Position numbers and translations under genes: made by a program
Notes under the pieces: model-generated
The model's input: only the letters and a program-made list of their open reading frames with translations
Told to the model about the DNA's origin: nothing
The model's database searches: none
Source: Thermoanaerobaculia bacterium
Lineage (GTDB): Bacteria > Acidobacteriota > Thermoanaerobaculia > Multivoradales > Multivoraceae
DNA: 64,000 bases
Direction: 5' to 3'
Assembly (NCBI GenBank): GCA_963664405.1
Contig: OY761158.1
Location: 2,080,001-2,144,000, forward strand
Shown here: piece by piece, positions 19,564-29,025 of the stretch
How positions within the stretch are numbered: position 1 is the first letter of the stretch
How the letters are laid out: every line of letters begins with the position of its first letter

Positions 19564-20409
19564 TCAGGCTCCGTCTACGATGGCATAGGCGCTGGAGATG
19601 ACCACGCCCCGCTCGGTCGAGACTTGAATGAGGTAGCGAGAGTCGCTCTCCCGCCATCCACGGGTGGTGAGAGTCTCACCCGGGTAGACGACGTCGGAGA
19701 AACGAGCCTTGAATTCGCGCAGCGCCGCGGCCCGACCCTCGCAGGCACCCTCGAGAATCGCTCGGGTGGCGTAGCCATAGGTGCAGAGACCGTGCAGGAT
19801 CGGGCGATCGAAACCGCCGAGTTTGGCAAATTCCGGGTCGATATGGAGCGGATTGTAGTCACCGTTGAGGCGATAGAGGGCGGCCTGGTCGATGGGAATC
19901 GTGTAGGCGACGCTGAAGCTGGGCTCGACGCCTTCAGGCGGATCCGACCTCTCCGTCTTCGGACCCGGATCTCCTCCAAAGCCACCGCCGCCACGATAGA
20001 AGCCCACCTTGAGCGTCTCGAAGACCTTCTCTCCGTCTTCGGTTCGCCCGGTCACGCTGGAATGGATTACAGCCGCCTTGAGCTTGTCGAAGATGTTCTT
20101 GACTTCGCCCTGGAGGATGAGCTTCCCCCCAGGAGGTATCGGTCTGAAGAGCCGGATCAGCTGCTCGCCGTGGAGCATGCGGGTCTTGTCGAAGCTGTCC
20201 TCGAGATCGCCCATGGCGCCCATCTCGGGGATGACACAGTAGCTCGGCAGCACTTCGAGACCACCCGGCGCTCCTTCGTAGATGTTGGAGATTTGGTCGG
20301 CGCGTGCCCCCACGCCGAGAGCGTAGAGAACGACGTCCTTCCACGAGTACTCGAAGACCTGAGGCTCGGTCTTGCGACCGATGAGATCCGGAAGCGAGAG
20401 CTCGGACAC
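19564..20409 (-). CDS. Double-hotdog MaoC / (R)-specific enoyl-CoA hydratase 2
   Basis: LYALGVGA, MLHGEQ, LYRLNGDYNPLHIDP, FDRPILHGLCTYG. GTG 20409 follows AAGGGGG. Confidence 0.88.
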   Translation of the reverse strand: MSELSLPDLIGRKTEPQVFEYSWKDVVLYALGVGARADQISNIYEGAPGGLEVLPSYCVIPEMGAMGDLEDSFDKTRMLHGEQLIRLFRPIPPGGKLILQGEVKNIFDKLKAAVIHSSVTGRTEDGEKVFETLKVGFYRGGGGFGGDPGPKTERSDPPEGVEPSFSVAYTIPIDQAALYRLNGDYNPLHIDPEFAKLGGFDRPILHGLCTYGYATRAILEGACEGRAAALREFKARFSDVVYPGETLTTRGWRESDSRYLIQVSTERGVVISSAYAIVDGA

Positions 20410-20506
20410 TTGAGTTTTCCCCCTTGTTGTGCGGCCTTGTTGCGGCCGTCTGGGCTTGCCAGCTACGATAGCGAGGCTAGATAGACCAGTCAATCTTCTT
20501 AATCGG

Positions 20507-21316
20507 ATGTCGTACAGAAACAGCCAGCTCAGAGAGCGAATCCGACGACCGGCCTCCGCGGTTCTCGCGACAGCGCTTTTGCTGGCGGCGCACGGAGTCT
20601 CCGCCCAGGTTGAGGTCGACGACTTCGAGGCACGCAGCTTCACCGATTCGCGGGACGGTACTCTGGTCTTCCGCCTCTTCGTTCCGCGCGACTACGACGC
20701 GGCGAAGAGCTATCCCATCGTCACCTTCCTTCACGGCAGTAGTCGTCGCGGCGAAGACAATCGCCGCCAGATCATTCTCGGCGCCAAGGTCTGGGCGGAG
20801 CCCGCCAGCCAGGCCAAGAACCCGGCTTTCGTGCTGGCCCCACAATGCCCCAGCGACGACGGCTGGGGCCGGCCAGAGGGCATGACCGGCTACGGGCCGA
20901 GTACGCCGGTACGGACGGTGAGCGAGATCCTCGATGCGCTGGAGGAGGAGTTCTCCATCGACCCGGATCGCATGTACATCACCGGCCAGTCCGGTGGTGG
21001 ATGGGGGACGCTCCGAGTTCTCGGATTACAGCCACATCGCTTCGCTGCCGGCATTCTGGTCTGTCCGGCCGGCGCCGGATCCTCAGGTGAAGGTCTCGAC
21101 CTCGTCGCCCCTCTCACCCATCTCCCCCTCTGGTTCTTCCACGGCACTGCGGACAGAATCGTGCCCTTCGACCTCACCGTCCGCCGTGTCGACGCACTGC
21201 GTCAAGCCGGCGCCAAGCCTCTCTTTACCGAGTACCCGGGAGTGAAGCACGACGCATGGACGCTGGCGTATCGTGAAAAGGGACTGGTCGACTGGCTCTT
21301 CGCCCAGCAGCGTTGA
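20507..21316 (+). CDS. Secreted alpha/beta hydrolase (predicted peptidase/esterase)
   Basis: Signal peptide, YPIVTFLHG, APQCP, GQSGGG nucleophile elbow, FHGTAD, KHDAW. Confidence 0.85.
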   Translation: MSYRNSQLRERIRRPASAVLATALLLAAHGVSAQVEVDDFEARSFTDSRDGTLVFRLFVPRDYDAAKSYPIVTFLHGSSRRGEDNRRQIILGAKVWAEPASQAKNPAFVLAPQCPSDDGWGRPEGMTGYGPSTPVRTVSEILDALEEEFSIDPDRMYITGQSGGGWGTLRVLGLQPHRFAAGILVCPAGAGSSGEGLDLVAPLTHLPLWFFHGTADRIVPFDLTVRRVDALRQAGAKPLFTEYPGVKHDAWTLAYREKGLVDWLFAQQR

Positions 21317-21369
21317 CCGAGTAGCAGGCGATAGTCGATAGTATCGCCCCGGAGTCTGTGCGGCAGGGC

Positions 21370-21442
21370 TCCGGACGCGCCGTCCTCGGCGCCAACAGCA
21401 ACTCGCCGCAGGAAGTGATAGCCATCACTTCCGGAGGCTAGG
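21370..21442 (+). repeat. Two-hairpin intergenic repeat, copy 2
   Basis: TCCGGACGCGCCGTCCTCGGCGCCA...GGAAGTGATAGCCATCACTTCCGGAGGCTAGG. Confidence 0.8.
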
Positions 21443-21451
21443 GAGGAACAT

Positions 21452-22969
21452 ATGAACGGCGGAATCGGCCTTTGGCTTTCTCGGCGCGCCGAGACGACAC
21501 CTCATCGACCGGCGCTCATCTTCGGTGATCGCTCCTGGACCTACGGCAGCTGGAACGCCGAAGTGCAGAGAGTTCGCCACGCCTTGCGTGCCGGCGGCGT
21601 GAGCGCCGGTGATCGAGTCACGGTGCTCACCCTCAACGAGCCCGAGTTTCTCACCACCGCCTTCGCCTGCTGGCAGTCGGGGGTCCTCTTCGTACCTCTG
21701 AACACTCGCCTCACCGGGCGCGAGCTCTCCTACATCATCGGCGACGCAGGCGCCCACACCCTCATCGTCGGTCCGGAGTTCGTCGACACCATCGACGAGG
21801 TCCGTGACGAGCTTCCGGTTCGCCGGTACATATCTCTGCAGCCCCGAGAAGGCTGGACCCACTGGGAGGAGCTGATCGCCGATCATTCTGAAGAGGGCTG
21901 GTCTCAGCAGATCCACGACGACGACGTCGCGATCATCATGTACACCTCGGGGACAACAGGTCTGCCCAAGGGAGCGATGCTGAGCCACGGCAATCTGCTC
22001 TGGAACAACATCAACGCACTCCACGTCATGGAGACCTCGGCCGACGACCGAACGCTGGTGTGCGCGCCGCTTTTTCATATCGGGGGTTTGAACGTAAACA
22101 CTCTCATCACCTTGCAGGTCGGCGGCCTGATCGTACTGATGAGGAGCTTCGACCCCGAGGCCGTGCTCGACAACATCGAGCGCCACCGCATCACCGGCAT
22201 GTTCGGAGTGCCTGCCATGTTTCTTTTCATGAGTCAGTTTCCCGATTTCGCCGATCGCGATCTCTCGACCGTGCGCTACTTCTTGTGTGGCGGAGCGCCG
22301 GTACCTGAAGCGACCATCAAGCTCTACGGGGCTCGCGGTATCTCTTTTCTCCAGGGCTACGGCCTGACCGAGACCTCTCCTTTCGCGACCCTCCTGCCCA
22401 AAGACGACTGCGAGCGCAAGGTCGGCTCCGCCGGTGTGGCGCCGATGTATACCGAAGTCCGAGTGGTCGACCTCGACAACAAGCCGGTCGCCGCCAACGT
22501 CCAGGGCGAGATCACAATCCGCGGCCCCAATGTGATGAAGGGGTACTGGAACCGTCCCGAGGCGACCGAAGAAGTGATGGACGCAGAAGGCTGGTTCCAC
22601 TCCGGCGACATCGGCATCATGGACGAAGAGGGCTATTTCTATGTCGTCGACCGCAAGAAAGACATGGTCATCAGCGGCGGCGAGAATGTCTACCCAGCAG
22701 AGGTGGAGACCGTCATCCATGAGATGCCGGAAGTCGCGGACGTCGGCGTCATCGGACTCGAAGACGAGAAGTGGGGCGAGCGAGTGGTCGCGATCGTTGT
22801 GCCGAGCCCTGGCGTAGAGCTTCGGCCCGAAGACGTCATCGCCTACACCGACGGCAAACTGGCGCGCTTCAAGATGCCGAGGCAGGTGGAGATGGTCGAA
22901 GAGCTTCCTCGTAATCCCCAGGGGAAGATCCTGAAACGAGTGCTTAGAGAGCAGTTCGCGGAGGGCTAG
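21452..22969 (+). CDS. Long-chain fatty acid--CoA ligase (FadD/MenE-like)
   Basis: YTSGTTGLPKG, QGYGLTET, WFHSGD, SGGENVYPAEVE. GGAGG RBS. Confidence 0.93.
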   Translation: MNGGIGLWLSRRAETTPHRPALIFGDRSWTYGSWNAEVQRVRHALRAGGVSAGDRVTVLTLNEPEFLTTAFACWQSGVLFVPLNTRLTGRELSYIIGDAGAHTLIVGPEFVDTIDEVRDELPVRRYISLQPREGWTHWEELIADHSEEGWSQQIHDDDVAIIMYTSGTTGLPKGAMLSHGNLLWNNINALHVMETSADDRTLVCAPLFHIGGLNVNTLITLQVGGLIVLMRSFDPEAVLDNIERHRITGMFGVPAMFLFMSQFPDFADRDLSTVRYFLCGGAPVPEATIKLYGARGISFLQGYGLTETSPFATLLPKDDCERKVGSAGVAPMYTEVRVVDLDNKPVAANVQGEITIRGPNVMKGYWNRPEATEEVMDAEGWFHSGDIGIMDEEGYFYVVDRKKDMVISGGENVYPAEVETVIHEMPEVADVGVIGLEDEKWGERVVAIVVPSPGVELRPEDVIAYTDGKLARFKMPRQVEMVEELPRNPQGKILKRVLREQFAEG

Positions 22970-22974
22970 GAATC

Positions 22975-22992
22975 CGCCCGAGTATTCGGGCG
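22975..22992 (+). terminator. Possible terminator hairpin
   Basis: CGCCCGA-GTAT-TCGGGCG just after the stop codon. No U-tract. Confidence 0.3.
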
Positions 22993-23299
22993 AGCGAGTA
23001 GTTCTCAGGCGGGGATGGGCGAGAGAACGCGCCGCAGGCGCGTCTTCACGAGGAGGCGCTCCTCAGATGAGGGTTAGCGCAGGCCGATGTCGTCTTTCTT
23101 CTATAGAGGACCCTTCATCGAAGCCCGACGGCCGGCCGTCTCGAGACCACCAGACTCAGGGTCCGTTTTTCGGGTGAATTATGCCAACCATGGAGAAGCC
23201 TACCGGGAACCCAACCTACCTCGGCGATCTCCCCCGTCCGGGCCTTGGCCAGAGTGCCAGGCGGCTCGGCCGACTTGGCGCGCTCGGTGCCACCTCGCC

Positions 23300-26200
23300 A
23301 TGGCAATCGCTGGCCCGGTCGTGGCGGGCCATCAGTTCCTCAGGTGGCCCGACGGCGACGCGTTCACGACCTTTGGTCCAAACGAGCTGATCCTGATCGA
23401 CATCGGAGCGATCGAGTTCGTGACGAGCTGTCCCGAGATGGCGATCGAGGACTTCATCTGGCCCTTTGCCGACATCTACGTCATTCCCTCCGGGAGCGGT
23501 CAGTCGGGAGCAGCACTGAGCGATGTGACAGGCTCAAAGAACACGGCCTGGGGCGCCTCAGGGGGTGGTGTCTTCGTGTCCCAGATTCTCGGCGTCACAG
23601 CACCCTCCGGATCGCTGGGCCCGGGAACTTACGCCGTGGTCTTCGACGAGTGCCAGAACGGGATCTTCGACGGGCCCGACTTCGTAGCCGACCCGGCGTT
23701 CCGGGTGGTCATCCCCGCCGATCTACCAGCGCCCCCTATTTCCCTTGATTTCAAAGATCGTGCGCGAACACAGGCGTTCCGGCTCAGATCGATGCACGCC
23801 TTCACCAAGGCCCTCTTTTTTGTCGCCCAGCTTGCCGGCAAAGCCAAGGCACCGGGCGCGAGCCGCCCCTCCAACGAGTCCCTCGGCAGGATGATCAGCC
23901 TCGCCGGCGACGCCATCAAGAAGACCGGTCTGCGCCTCGTCGACATAAAGGCGGGGGCCCTGAGCACCATTCTCCAGGTGTTCCGCTACCACGATGCCCT
24001 GGCGAAGGATCCTCCCGATCCCGACTTCGATCAGGTCACGACCCTGGGGCCAAGGCCGGCGTTCCCGAGCCACGACCCGGACCCGCTGGTCCGGCAGGGA
24101 ATTGCCGCCAGCGCCGAGGCCAGCATCGACGAAGCCCTTCTCCTCGCGCTGCTGCAATCTCTAGAGCGCTACCAGGGGGCTCAGGCCGAAGGCGACGGCT
24201 CCTGGGGCCTCGCCCAAGCCCGCTCGGCGCTCGAATACGCCGGCCTGCTCGCCGACCACGCCGACGATAGCGCCCTCGCCTTTGCCGCTCTCGGAACCGA
24301 GGTGGCGGGGGCCGACGTCACGCTCGACGACTTCACCCTCAAGTGGGCCACTTTCTTGTCGACCGTCGAGAGCTCGGGCCTCCCCGCTGAGGAGTCCGTT
24401 ATCGCTGCGAACTTCGGCATTCCCCCAACCGTGATCGACGACGAGCTCGAAGAGCTTCTCGGCGTCGACTTTGCGTCCTTCTCCCGCGCCGCCATGGCGA
24501 CCGCCGCGGCGGACGTCGCGACTTCAACCTCCGACTTTGGCACTGGGCTCGTCACCTTCATCGGCGACATGGCAGTCCTGGTCGCCGCGATCGAAGCCGA
24601 CCCCGTGGTGCTGGACTTCTTCCCTGTCGCCGACGCGGGGGGGCCGTACGACGGCACCGTCGGCATTCCCCTCTCTCTGGACGGGTCGACCTCGAGCGGC
24701 GACATCGTCGCTTTCGCGTGGGATCTCGACGGCGACGGCGACTTCGACGACGACGCCACTGCTACGCCCACCTACGTACCCGACCGTCCCCGCCATGATC
24801 TGGTGGGCCTCGAAGTGATCACCGCCACAGGCGACAAGGACGTGGGCTACGCGTGGCTCACGGTGGCCGCGGTCAACCGGCTGCCCGAGGTTCAGGCCTC
24901 GAGTCCCGGGTTCCTCTTCGGAGACATCGAGATCGGCAGCTCGCGGACCTTCTCGGTCGTGCCCTCGGACCCGGATAGCGACCCGGTCACAGTGGAGTGG
25001 TTCTACGCAGGAGCCTTGGTTGCGAGCGGAGTCTCCGCAATCCTGACCCCACTCGCTGCGGATGCCGGCACAGCGCTTCTCGAAGCGGTCCTCGACGATG
25101 GCAAGGGTGGGCTGAGCGAGGTCGCCTGGCCCATTGCCGTTTTCTTCCCCGACCCCGACGGCGACGGCTGGTCCTCGAACCTCGACTGCGACGAGACGGA
25201 CGCGGCGGTGAATCCCGGCGCCACGGACGTCCTCAACGGCATCGACGACGACTGCAACCCGTCGACGCCAGACGGTGGGCTCCCGCCGGAGATCGTCGTC
25301 GGGTCGGCACCTTCGGGGACGGAGGGTGAGGCGGCGACCCTCGATGCGACCTTCACCCATGCGGAGCTGGCCACTGAGACCTTCACCGCCGAGGTCTCCT
25401 GGGGCGACGGCCAGAGCGAGACTGTCGGCGTCACGGCTGGCGCCGTCCATCTGCCCCACACTTGGGTCGAAGACGGCTCCTACCCGGTGGAGCTCTGCAT
25501 CCGCACCGGCGCCGGAGCCCGCGGCTGCGTGGAGAGCCGGGCCGGCATCGCCAACGCGCCGCCCACCTCGGCGCTTCAGGTCGACCTCACTCTCTGGACT
25601 CCGGAAGTCGTGCCAGGCACTTTCGCAACGACAGGATCGCAGTGGGTCGTCAGCGCCGAGCGCGACACCGTTGTGCAGGTGGTCAACGGGTCTCCGACGT
25701 TCTTCATCAGCGACTTCGAGCTCGACCCCGCGGATCAGCTCTCACTCGCCCTGAGCGTGCTGTCTGGGAGCGGGGACGACGACTTCATCGGCTTCGCCTT
25801 CGGAATGTCTACTGGAGATACCACCAATCCGACGTCCGACTACCTGCTCTTTAGCTGGAAGCGCTCAGCGCAGCGGATCGCAGGTGAGATTGCTCCCCGC
25901 GGTCTGCGCTTGGTGCGGGTCCAGGGAACCCCGACGCCGCGAAACTTCTGGTCCCACGAGGGAGCCATTCAGTTCCTACAAGACGCAGCGACTCTAGGGG
26001 ACGCGCGTTGGAACTTTGGGGTCGAGTATGCCTTCTCCTTCCGCATTCTTCCGGGCCGACTCCAGGTATTCGTGGATGGTGGGCTCGAGTTCGACGTCAA
26101 CGTCGACGTCCCTCCCGGCGGCGTCGCTTTCTACAACTATTCTCAGGGAGGCGTGCGCTACAGCGGCGTCCGGCGCGGCGCTCTTGGGGGCGACGAGGGC

Positions 26201-27436
26201 AGCTTGCTGAGCCTCGACTTACCGTTCTCAGACCCCGGCATTCTCGACGTCCATACCGCGACTGCCAACTGGGGCGACGGATCTCCGCTGAACGCTCTCG
26301 ATATCGTGGAGTCAAGTGGAGCCGGGGCGGTGTCCGGTAAGCACGCCTATCGCGACAACGGCTCCTACGACGTCGAGGTCTGCGTGCGCGACGACGAGGG
26401 TGCGGAGGTCTGTGGCACCCTCTTCGCCAGCGTCGGCAACGTTGCGCCGGTGGTCGACGCCGGCCCGGACACCGAGGCGGGACCCGTGCTCCATTTGGCG
26501 GCCTCATTCTCCGACGCTGGGGCGGACGACACCCACACGGCGACCGTGGACTGGGGGGATCTGGGCCCGGTCGAGCCGGTGCCCGTGGAGGGCGGTCCAG
26601 GGGGCGGCACTCTCGCTGCTCCACACCTCTATGCGAGCGACGGTCTCTTCGACGTCGAGGTCTGCGTCACCGACGACGACGGCGACCAAGGCTGCGACAC
26701 TCGCCAAGTGACCATGAGCGCTCTGAACCAGCCTCCGATTCTCACCCTCGACACGCCTCCGCAGGCGGACGAGGGCAGCACGATCCTCTACTCCCTCTCC
26801 TTCGTGGACGCAAACCCCAGCGACGTTCATCAAGCGAGCGTCGATTGGGGAGACGGGACATTTCCCGAAGCGCTCTCTCCGTTCAATGATGGCGGCAGCG
26901 TGGGCTTCGGTACCGGTAGCCATATCTACCTTGATGACGGCCTCTTCCCGATCGTGATGGAGATCTGCGACCCTGAACCGGCGTGTGCATCAGGGAACAG
27001 CGAGGCGACCATCCACAACGTTCCTCCAAGCGTTCTCGGCGGGATCGCGGTCGACGGCGACCTGGTGACCCTTACCGGGACGTTCACCGATCCAGGCATC
27101 CTCGACACTCACTTCGGCATGATCGATTGGGGGGACGGCAGCTCGTCGCCGGCAGTCCTGGGCCCATTCGGGAGCTCCGGGGCAACTCTCGCTGGTACCC
27201 ACACCTACAGCGCCTCCGGCGCTTATCCGATCTTGGTCTGTGTGAGCGACGACGACGGTGGCGAGGGCTGTGTGAACTTGGAGGCGACTCTCAGCGCGGA
27301 CCGAGAAGCCGTCCCGATCCCCACTCTGGAGGGCCTTGGCCTAATGCTGCTGGCCCTGCTGCTGGTCGTCGCGTCGCTGACGATCCAGCGTTGGTCCCGC
27401 CGCCGGCCAAGACACAGCTCGAGGTCGCGCTCCTAG
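23300..27436 (+). CDS. Large PKD-repeat surface protein with putative metal-binding motif, lectin/TSP-C-like domain and IPTL-CTERM sorting signal
   Basis: ADAGGPY PKD, DGDGW..DCDE..NGIDDDCN motif, DDDFIGFAFG, five F.D.G..D.H.A..xWGD repeats, C-terminal VPIPTL-TM-RRR. The true start is probably about 23190 via a frameshift. Confidence 0.82.
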   Translation: MAIAGPVVAGHQFLRWPDGDAFTTFGPNELILIDIGAIEFVTSCPEMAIEDFIWPFADIYVIPSGSGQSGAALSDVTGSKNTAWGASGGGVFVSQILGVTAPSGSLGPGTYAVVFDECQNGIFDGPDFVADPAFRVVIPADLPAPPISLDFKDRARTQAFRLRSMHAFTKALFFVAQLAGKAKAPGASRPSNESLGRMISLAGDAIKKTGLRLVDIKAGALSTILQVFRYHDALAKDPPDPDFDQVTTLGPRPAFPSHDPDPLVRQGIAASAEASIDEALLLALLQSLERYQGAQAEGDGSWGLAQARSALEYAGLLADHADDSALAFAALGTEVAGADVTLDDFTLKWATFLSTVESSGLPAEESVIAANFGIPPTVIDDELEELLGVDFASFSRAAMATAAADVATSTSDFGTGLVTFIGDMAVLVAAIEADPVVLDFFPVADAGGPYDGTVGIPLSLDGSTSSGDIVAFAWDLDGDGDFDDDATATPTYVPDRPRHDLVGLEVITATGDKDVGYAWLTVAAVNRLPEVQASSPGFLFGDIEIGSSRTFSVVPSDPDSDPVTVEWFYAGALVASGVSAILTPLAADAGTALLEAVLDDGKGGLSEVAWPIAVFFPDPDGDGWSSNLDCDETDAAVNPGATDVLNGIDDDCNPSTPDGGLPPEIVVGSAPSGTEGEAATLDATFTHAELATETFTAEVSWGDGQSETVGVTAGAVHLPHTWVEDGSYPVELCIRTGAGARGCVESRAGIANAPPTSALQVDLTLWTPEVVPGTFATTGSQWVVSAERDTVVQVVNGSPTFFISDFELDPADQLSLALSVLSGSGDDDFIGFAFGMSTGDTTNPTSDYLLFSWKRSAQRIAGEIAPRGLRLVRVQGTPTPRNFWSHEGAIQFLQDAATLGDARWNFGVEYAFSFRILPGRLQVFVDGGLEFDVNVDVPPGGVAFYNYSQGGVRYSGVRRGALGGDEGSLLSLDLPFSDPGILDVHTATANWGDGSPLNALDIVESSGAGAVSGKHAYRDNGSYDVEVCVRDDEGAEVCGTLFASVGNVAPVVDAGPDTEAGPVLHLAASFSDAGADDTHTATVDWGDLGPVEPVPVEGGPGGGTLAAPHLYASDGLFDVEVCVTDDDGDQGCDTRQVTMSALNQPPILTLDTPPQADEGSTILYSLSFVDANPSDVHQASVDWGDGTFPEALSPFNDGGSVGFGTGSHIYLDDGLFPIVMEICDPEPACASGNSEATIHNVPPSVLGGIAVDGDLVTLTGTFTDPGILDTHFGMIDWGDGSSSPAVLGPFGSSGATLAGTHTYSASGAYPILVCVSDDDGGEGCVNLEATLSADREAVPIPTLEGLGLMLLALLLVVASLTIQRWSRRRPRHSSRSRS

Positions 27437-27518
27437 GCCCGCCTCCTCCCCTCACCCGCCGGCTCTCTGCCCCCTGTCCAGGAATGCTAGTCTGGTTCTT
27501 TCCCCTGGGGGAGAGGAG

Positions 27519-28091
27519 ATGGGGCAGGCGGGCGAGATCACCCGGCTCTTCGAGGCCGCTGCGGCCGGCGACGAGTCGGCCTTTGATGCCATCGTAGCCC
27601 GGGTCTACGGCGAGCTCGAAGACCTGGCGGGGCGGCAGATGAGGCACCGCTTCGGCGGCCTGTCCGGTCTGACCCTTGAGCCTGCGGCTCTGGTCAACGA
27701 AACTCTTCTCCGGGTCCTTCGCGAGCCCCGGTCCTTCGCCAACCGCCGGCACTTCTTCGCCTTTTGTTCCAGGGTCATGCGCCGTGTCCTGGTCGACTAT
27801 CAGCGCTCCCGGGGTCGCCAGAAGCGCGGCGGTGGAATGCTCAAGGTCACCCTGACCGAGCTATCGGCCACACTCTCCGACCCCGTGGCCGCGAATGCCG
27901 GAGAGGTTGTGGAGGCCCTCGAGCGCCTGGAGCATCTCGACCCACGCAAGAGCGAGGTCGTCCAGCTGCGGGTCTTCTGGGGGCTCGAGATGAAAGAGAT
28001 CGCAGCCACCCTGGATCTGTCCCTGGCGACAGTCGAGCGGGACTGGCGCTTCAGCCGATCCTGGTTGGCAAAAGAGCTGCGCGTTGCCTGA
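27519..28091 (+). CDS. ECF sigma factor, kinase-associated type (TIGR02999-like)
   Basis: EITRL..GD, LTLEPAALVNE, RRHFFA, QKRGG, EIAATLDLSLATVERDWRFSRSWL. Overlaps the kinase start. Confidence 0.9.
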   Translation: MGQAGEITRLFEAAAAGDESAFDAIVARVYGELEDLAGRQMRHRFGGLSGLTLEPAALVNETLLRVLREPRSFANRRHFFAFCSRVMRRVLVDYQRSRGRQKRGGGMLKVTLTELSATLSDPVAANAGEVVEALERLEHLDPRKSEVVQLRVFWGLEMKEIAATLDLSLATVERDWRFSRSWLAKELRVA

Positions 28092-29025
28092 GTCTCCACC
28101 CGAGGCAGTCCCTCTCTCAAGCGGTAGCCGGAGCACTTCACCGACCGCTCAGCGCTTTGTCCGCCTCGAAGAACTGTTCCAGCAAGTCGTCGACCTGGAC
28201 TCTGCCTCGCGCGCCGAAAGGTTGGCGCGGCTCTGTCCCGAGAGCTCGAGCCTACGAGAGTCGGTCGAGCGCCTGGTCGATCTCGACCGGATGACTGGAT
28301 TCGGCACCTTCGCCGGGGCGGGTGTCGCCAGCTCACAGGACCCCCTCGCCTCCCCCGACGCTGTCATCGGCAGCTACAAGGTTATCGGTCAGATCGGGAC
28401 GGGAGGCATGGGCATCGTCCTGGAGGCTGAGCAGTCGGCGCCTCTGCGACGCAGAGTGGCGATCAAGCTCGTGCGCCGGGGCCTCGCTAGCGACTCGATC
28501 GTCGAACGCTTCGAAGCCGAATGCCAGACCCTCGCGGTTCTCGACCATCCCTACGTAGCGAGGGTGTTCGAGGCAGGGTCGAGCGAGGACGGTCGGCCCT
28601 ACTTCGTCATGGAACTGGTGAAGGGAGTGCCGATCTCGCGCTTCTGCGATGCTCGCGAGCTGTCGACGAGGCAACGCTTGGAGCTCTTTCTACGAGTCTG
28701 CGATGGAGTGCAGCACGCCCATCAGAAAGCAATCCTCCATCGCGACCTAAAACCCACCAACGTTCTGGTGGTCGAGACCGAAGACGGCCCGAGCCCGAAG
28801 ATCATCGACTTCGGCATCGCCAGGACTCTCGACGAGGGGGCAGAGCTCGGCCGCACCCGGGTTGGGCAGGTGATTGGCACGCCAGCCTACATGAGCCCGG
28901 AGCAGGCCAGCGGGTCGGGAAGTGTGGCTTTGGACGTACGCAGCGACCTTGGGTTCAAGGGGTCGTCGCAACGTTGCCTTGGTGAGCAGAGTGTACAAAC
29001 TCATCGAAGACTTCGGCAGGGGTTC

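Noticed and set aside
21425-22720. Long antisense ORFs (also 46922-48274, 49369-50595, 55707-57200, 61253-62521)
   Set aside because: They are GC-rich shadow frames opposite clearly recognisable genes and have no motifs.
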